Assembly (NCBI GenBank): GCA_050230475.1
Contig: JBFLGF010000146.1
Location: 1 to 64,000 of the forward strand
Direction: 5' to 3'
DNA length: 64,000 bases
Source: Ancylonema sp.
Taxonomy: Eukaryota
The position numbers and the translations under genes are program-made. Below the pieces are notes generated by a model, which did no database searches, had not been told where the DNA came from, and saw only the letters and a program-made list of their open reading frames with translations. Each line of letters begins with the position of its first letter. Position 1 is the stretch's first letter. Positions 61,452 through 64,000 of the stretch are shown piece by piece.

Positions 61452-61956
61452 TCATACTGATCTTGCACACTCTCTAGATGCCACCGTTGCACATTCGACC
61501 ATAAATCGATCCGACCCATCAAACAATGCACCGTATGTCTCAAGAGCGAAGGGCATAACATCAGTACCGCGTGCGCGATCTTGGTAGTGGGTTCCCTTTC
61601 TTCGCTCCGCATCTTTAGCAGCGACGAGATCCTGTCTAGTGGCACATTCCACCAAATTACGACGGGTAGGGTCCACAACAGCAATGTCGACCAAAGTGTG
61701 CCCCGCCGTAGCATCCGAAATCACAATGTCCACACGCCCTCGAGGCCCCCTAGGTGCCGACAACGAAATGAAGCGCTCCTGGTGCGCGTGCTAACGTGAC
61801 TCACGAATGATTTGGTAAACCGCATCGCGCACAGAGTCACGCGATGAAGTGCGCTCGCCACCGCTAGCACAGCGCAGAAGGCGAGTCCCCAAAGAATCCA
61901 AAGGGTGGCCACATGAGCACGCCACATCACATAAGTCTTTCTTCGTACGCCTATAC
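61452..61956 (-). mobile_element. Second copy of the RLE/CRE-like remnant
   Basis: Part of the 60282-64000 duplicate; ORFs identical to the first copy. Confidence 0.72.
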
Positions 61957-62547
61957 AAACCCACACATCTCTTGACAATCCCCAACCCATATTTTTTAGT
62001 ACATTTGATTATTTTCGTACCATGATTTTATTAGAAGTTGCGAGTATAACCTCTGGGTGTGTTATGTGTACCTTAACATTTTGTCATTCCGCACCTGATG
62101 TTTGTGTGGACCGAATATTTATTTTCCGTAGTGAGTGCCGGTAATCAATGCGCCAGGTGACACATGTCAACAACCAGTGCCGGCACAATGTTGCGAGCAC
62201 CAATTCTGTCGTTACCTTGTGCGCCACTCCGTCGAGTCCGTCGCCAGCAATCACGGAACAATTTACGGGCCCTTCTCTAGATTCCGTTGACAGGTAAATA
62301 ACCGCCAGCAGCCGGAATATGCTGAGATTTGACTTGTGGAAAGTCCGTCCCCATTAAAGGGCTGTTGGCAAACCGCAGTCAGAGTATGAATCCGTCTTAT
62401 TCTACACCACGTCCCAGTCCTTGGTACGTGTCATGAGGCATCGCCCTCTCCAACCCTCTCCTGAGTTCCTTCCTCATTTGAACCTTGCCGCAACCTTACG
62501 TTTGTAGCCACGTCGAGTTCGTTGCAGTCGCGCCAAAACGTTGCAGG

Positions 62548-63694
62548 ATGCCCGCATTCACAGACGAGTTCTCCATGCTTCCGTTAGACCGGGTCTCGTC
62601 TCATGCACTGAGCAGTGTCGGGCATGAAAGCTTCTACAGAAGCGGAGTCACTTCCAACAGCAGTGGGGTGAGAAACGACGTGCCTATTCAGGCTGCATTT
62701 AACGGGTCTCGCATGCTGACCAGTGAGAGGGCGACACGCGGCGCTCTTGGTGGGGAAGAATCGATGTATGAAGCGCGGGACGAGGCTACCACGTGGAAGC
62801 TGGAGCATTTGGAGATGCCGCTGAGGATGAATGGTGAGCCGTTATATATGCGATCCTGACTTGGAGGATGTCTCTGGAACAATAAATGGTTCGACCAATC
62901 AGAGTCCGGTCTCTCTACTTGCTCTCCTGTATTGTTTGGCACATCTTGACACGTGCGAAACTGGTAAGAGGGACTAGTGATTCCTCTTTCACGACGCCTT
63001 TAAGAAACCTGAATGTTTCATTCTGCATTTTTTATTTTCATATCCTTATAATGTTCTTCATTTTCTTCAAATCCTTTTTTTTTTTTCCCGTCCCCGCAAA
63101 ATTGATCTGATGCAGTCTTGTGTGCGACCACCTCCTTAAGCTGGTCTGATAGTAAGCAAACTCAATTGCACTAGGCCACGTAGCATCTTGGAAGCTTATA
63201 GAGTGTCCAGGGCTACCTTCCATACAGCACTGAAGGTACTGTGGTCGAGTGGAGTACTGATTCCGTATTCCCACCATCTTCCATGACAGCTGTCCACCGG
63301 CCCCTCCCACACCCTCCTGTCATGATGACACCCCGCTCCCAACTACGTTCTGACTGCAATTAGTGTCCATGTCATACAGGTGGCGCGGGGACAACAAACG
63401 CCTTATCCATGCGTCAGAGAGCTTCAGAAGTGGATGAGGCTGACGCCACCAACCTCTACGTTCCCCTCTCCCCCCCCTCCTTCCTCCTCCTGCGCTCCCT
63501 CGAGGAAGAGCTAAGCAAGAGCAGTGCTGACGTGGCGCACCTCAAGGCGAGGATGGCTCGGTTCTGCAGCCGGCGTGGCGAGACAGCTGGCACCCAAGAA
63601 GGCTGCAGGGAAACCGGCGACGGAAGACTCGGCTTTTCTCCGCGGAACGAGAGGATGCAGGCGGTGGTTTCGCCTGCCACAATGCGGCCGCCAG
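62548..63694 (+). CDS. Second copy of exons 1-2 of the C2HC zinc-finger gene (continues past the window)
   Basis: Offset-12756 duplicate of 49792-50938. Confidence 0.5.
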
Positions 63695-64000
63695 GTGGGC
63701 CTGCCTGCTTTGTGACGTCACTGTTCCTTGGGTGCTGAGGTCATTCGATGAGGGTGGTGAATCAGAGAGAGGGGCTGAGTGGTTGTGGACCACATGTAAG
63801 GACAGTCGTGTCTGAAGATGAGTTCTGGATCTGATGGCAACCCCCACTCATGGGGGTGGTGAAGTAGAGTGGTGAAAGTGACCCCCCCCTCAGTCAAAAT
63901 GTGAGAAGAAAACAATGATGATGGGTCCTGAGTGCTCAACGATATCGTGTCTGCCTGCCTCATATGGACAAGGGGTACAAAGTCAACGTCAAAAATGTCA

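Overview
Eukaryotic, intron-rich nuclear DNA, most likely from a streptophyte green alga or early-diverging plant. This is an inference from CCCTAAA-type repeats, a MUR3-like GT47, a VDE-related gene and G-rich introns. Positions 1-19 kb are decayed transposon-rich DNA: LINE fragments, a reshuffled hairpin-rich repeat family, kinase and RING gene fragments, a gag+protease-only Copia element split by a 2.1-kb inversion that can be reconstructed at base level, and a degenerate full-length Copia element. Positions 22-47 kb hold four recognisable spliced genes: VDR (-), a MUR3-like GT47 with a very long acidic stem (+), ALG5 (-) and ubiquitin-L40 (+). Positions 47-64 kb hold a CRE/RLE-type non-LTR remnant, a C2HC zinc-finger gene, an intron-containing clade-3-type catalase pseudogene and a Tudor-domain gene cut by an N. 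Three duplications (VDR internal, ALG5 exons, 47.5k/60.3k block) lie next to Ns or (TA)n tracts and may be assembly or haplotype artefacts. No rRNA, tRNA gene or CRISPR array was seen. All calls come from manual translation and motif recognition; no database search was run.
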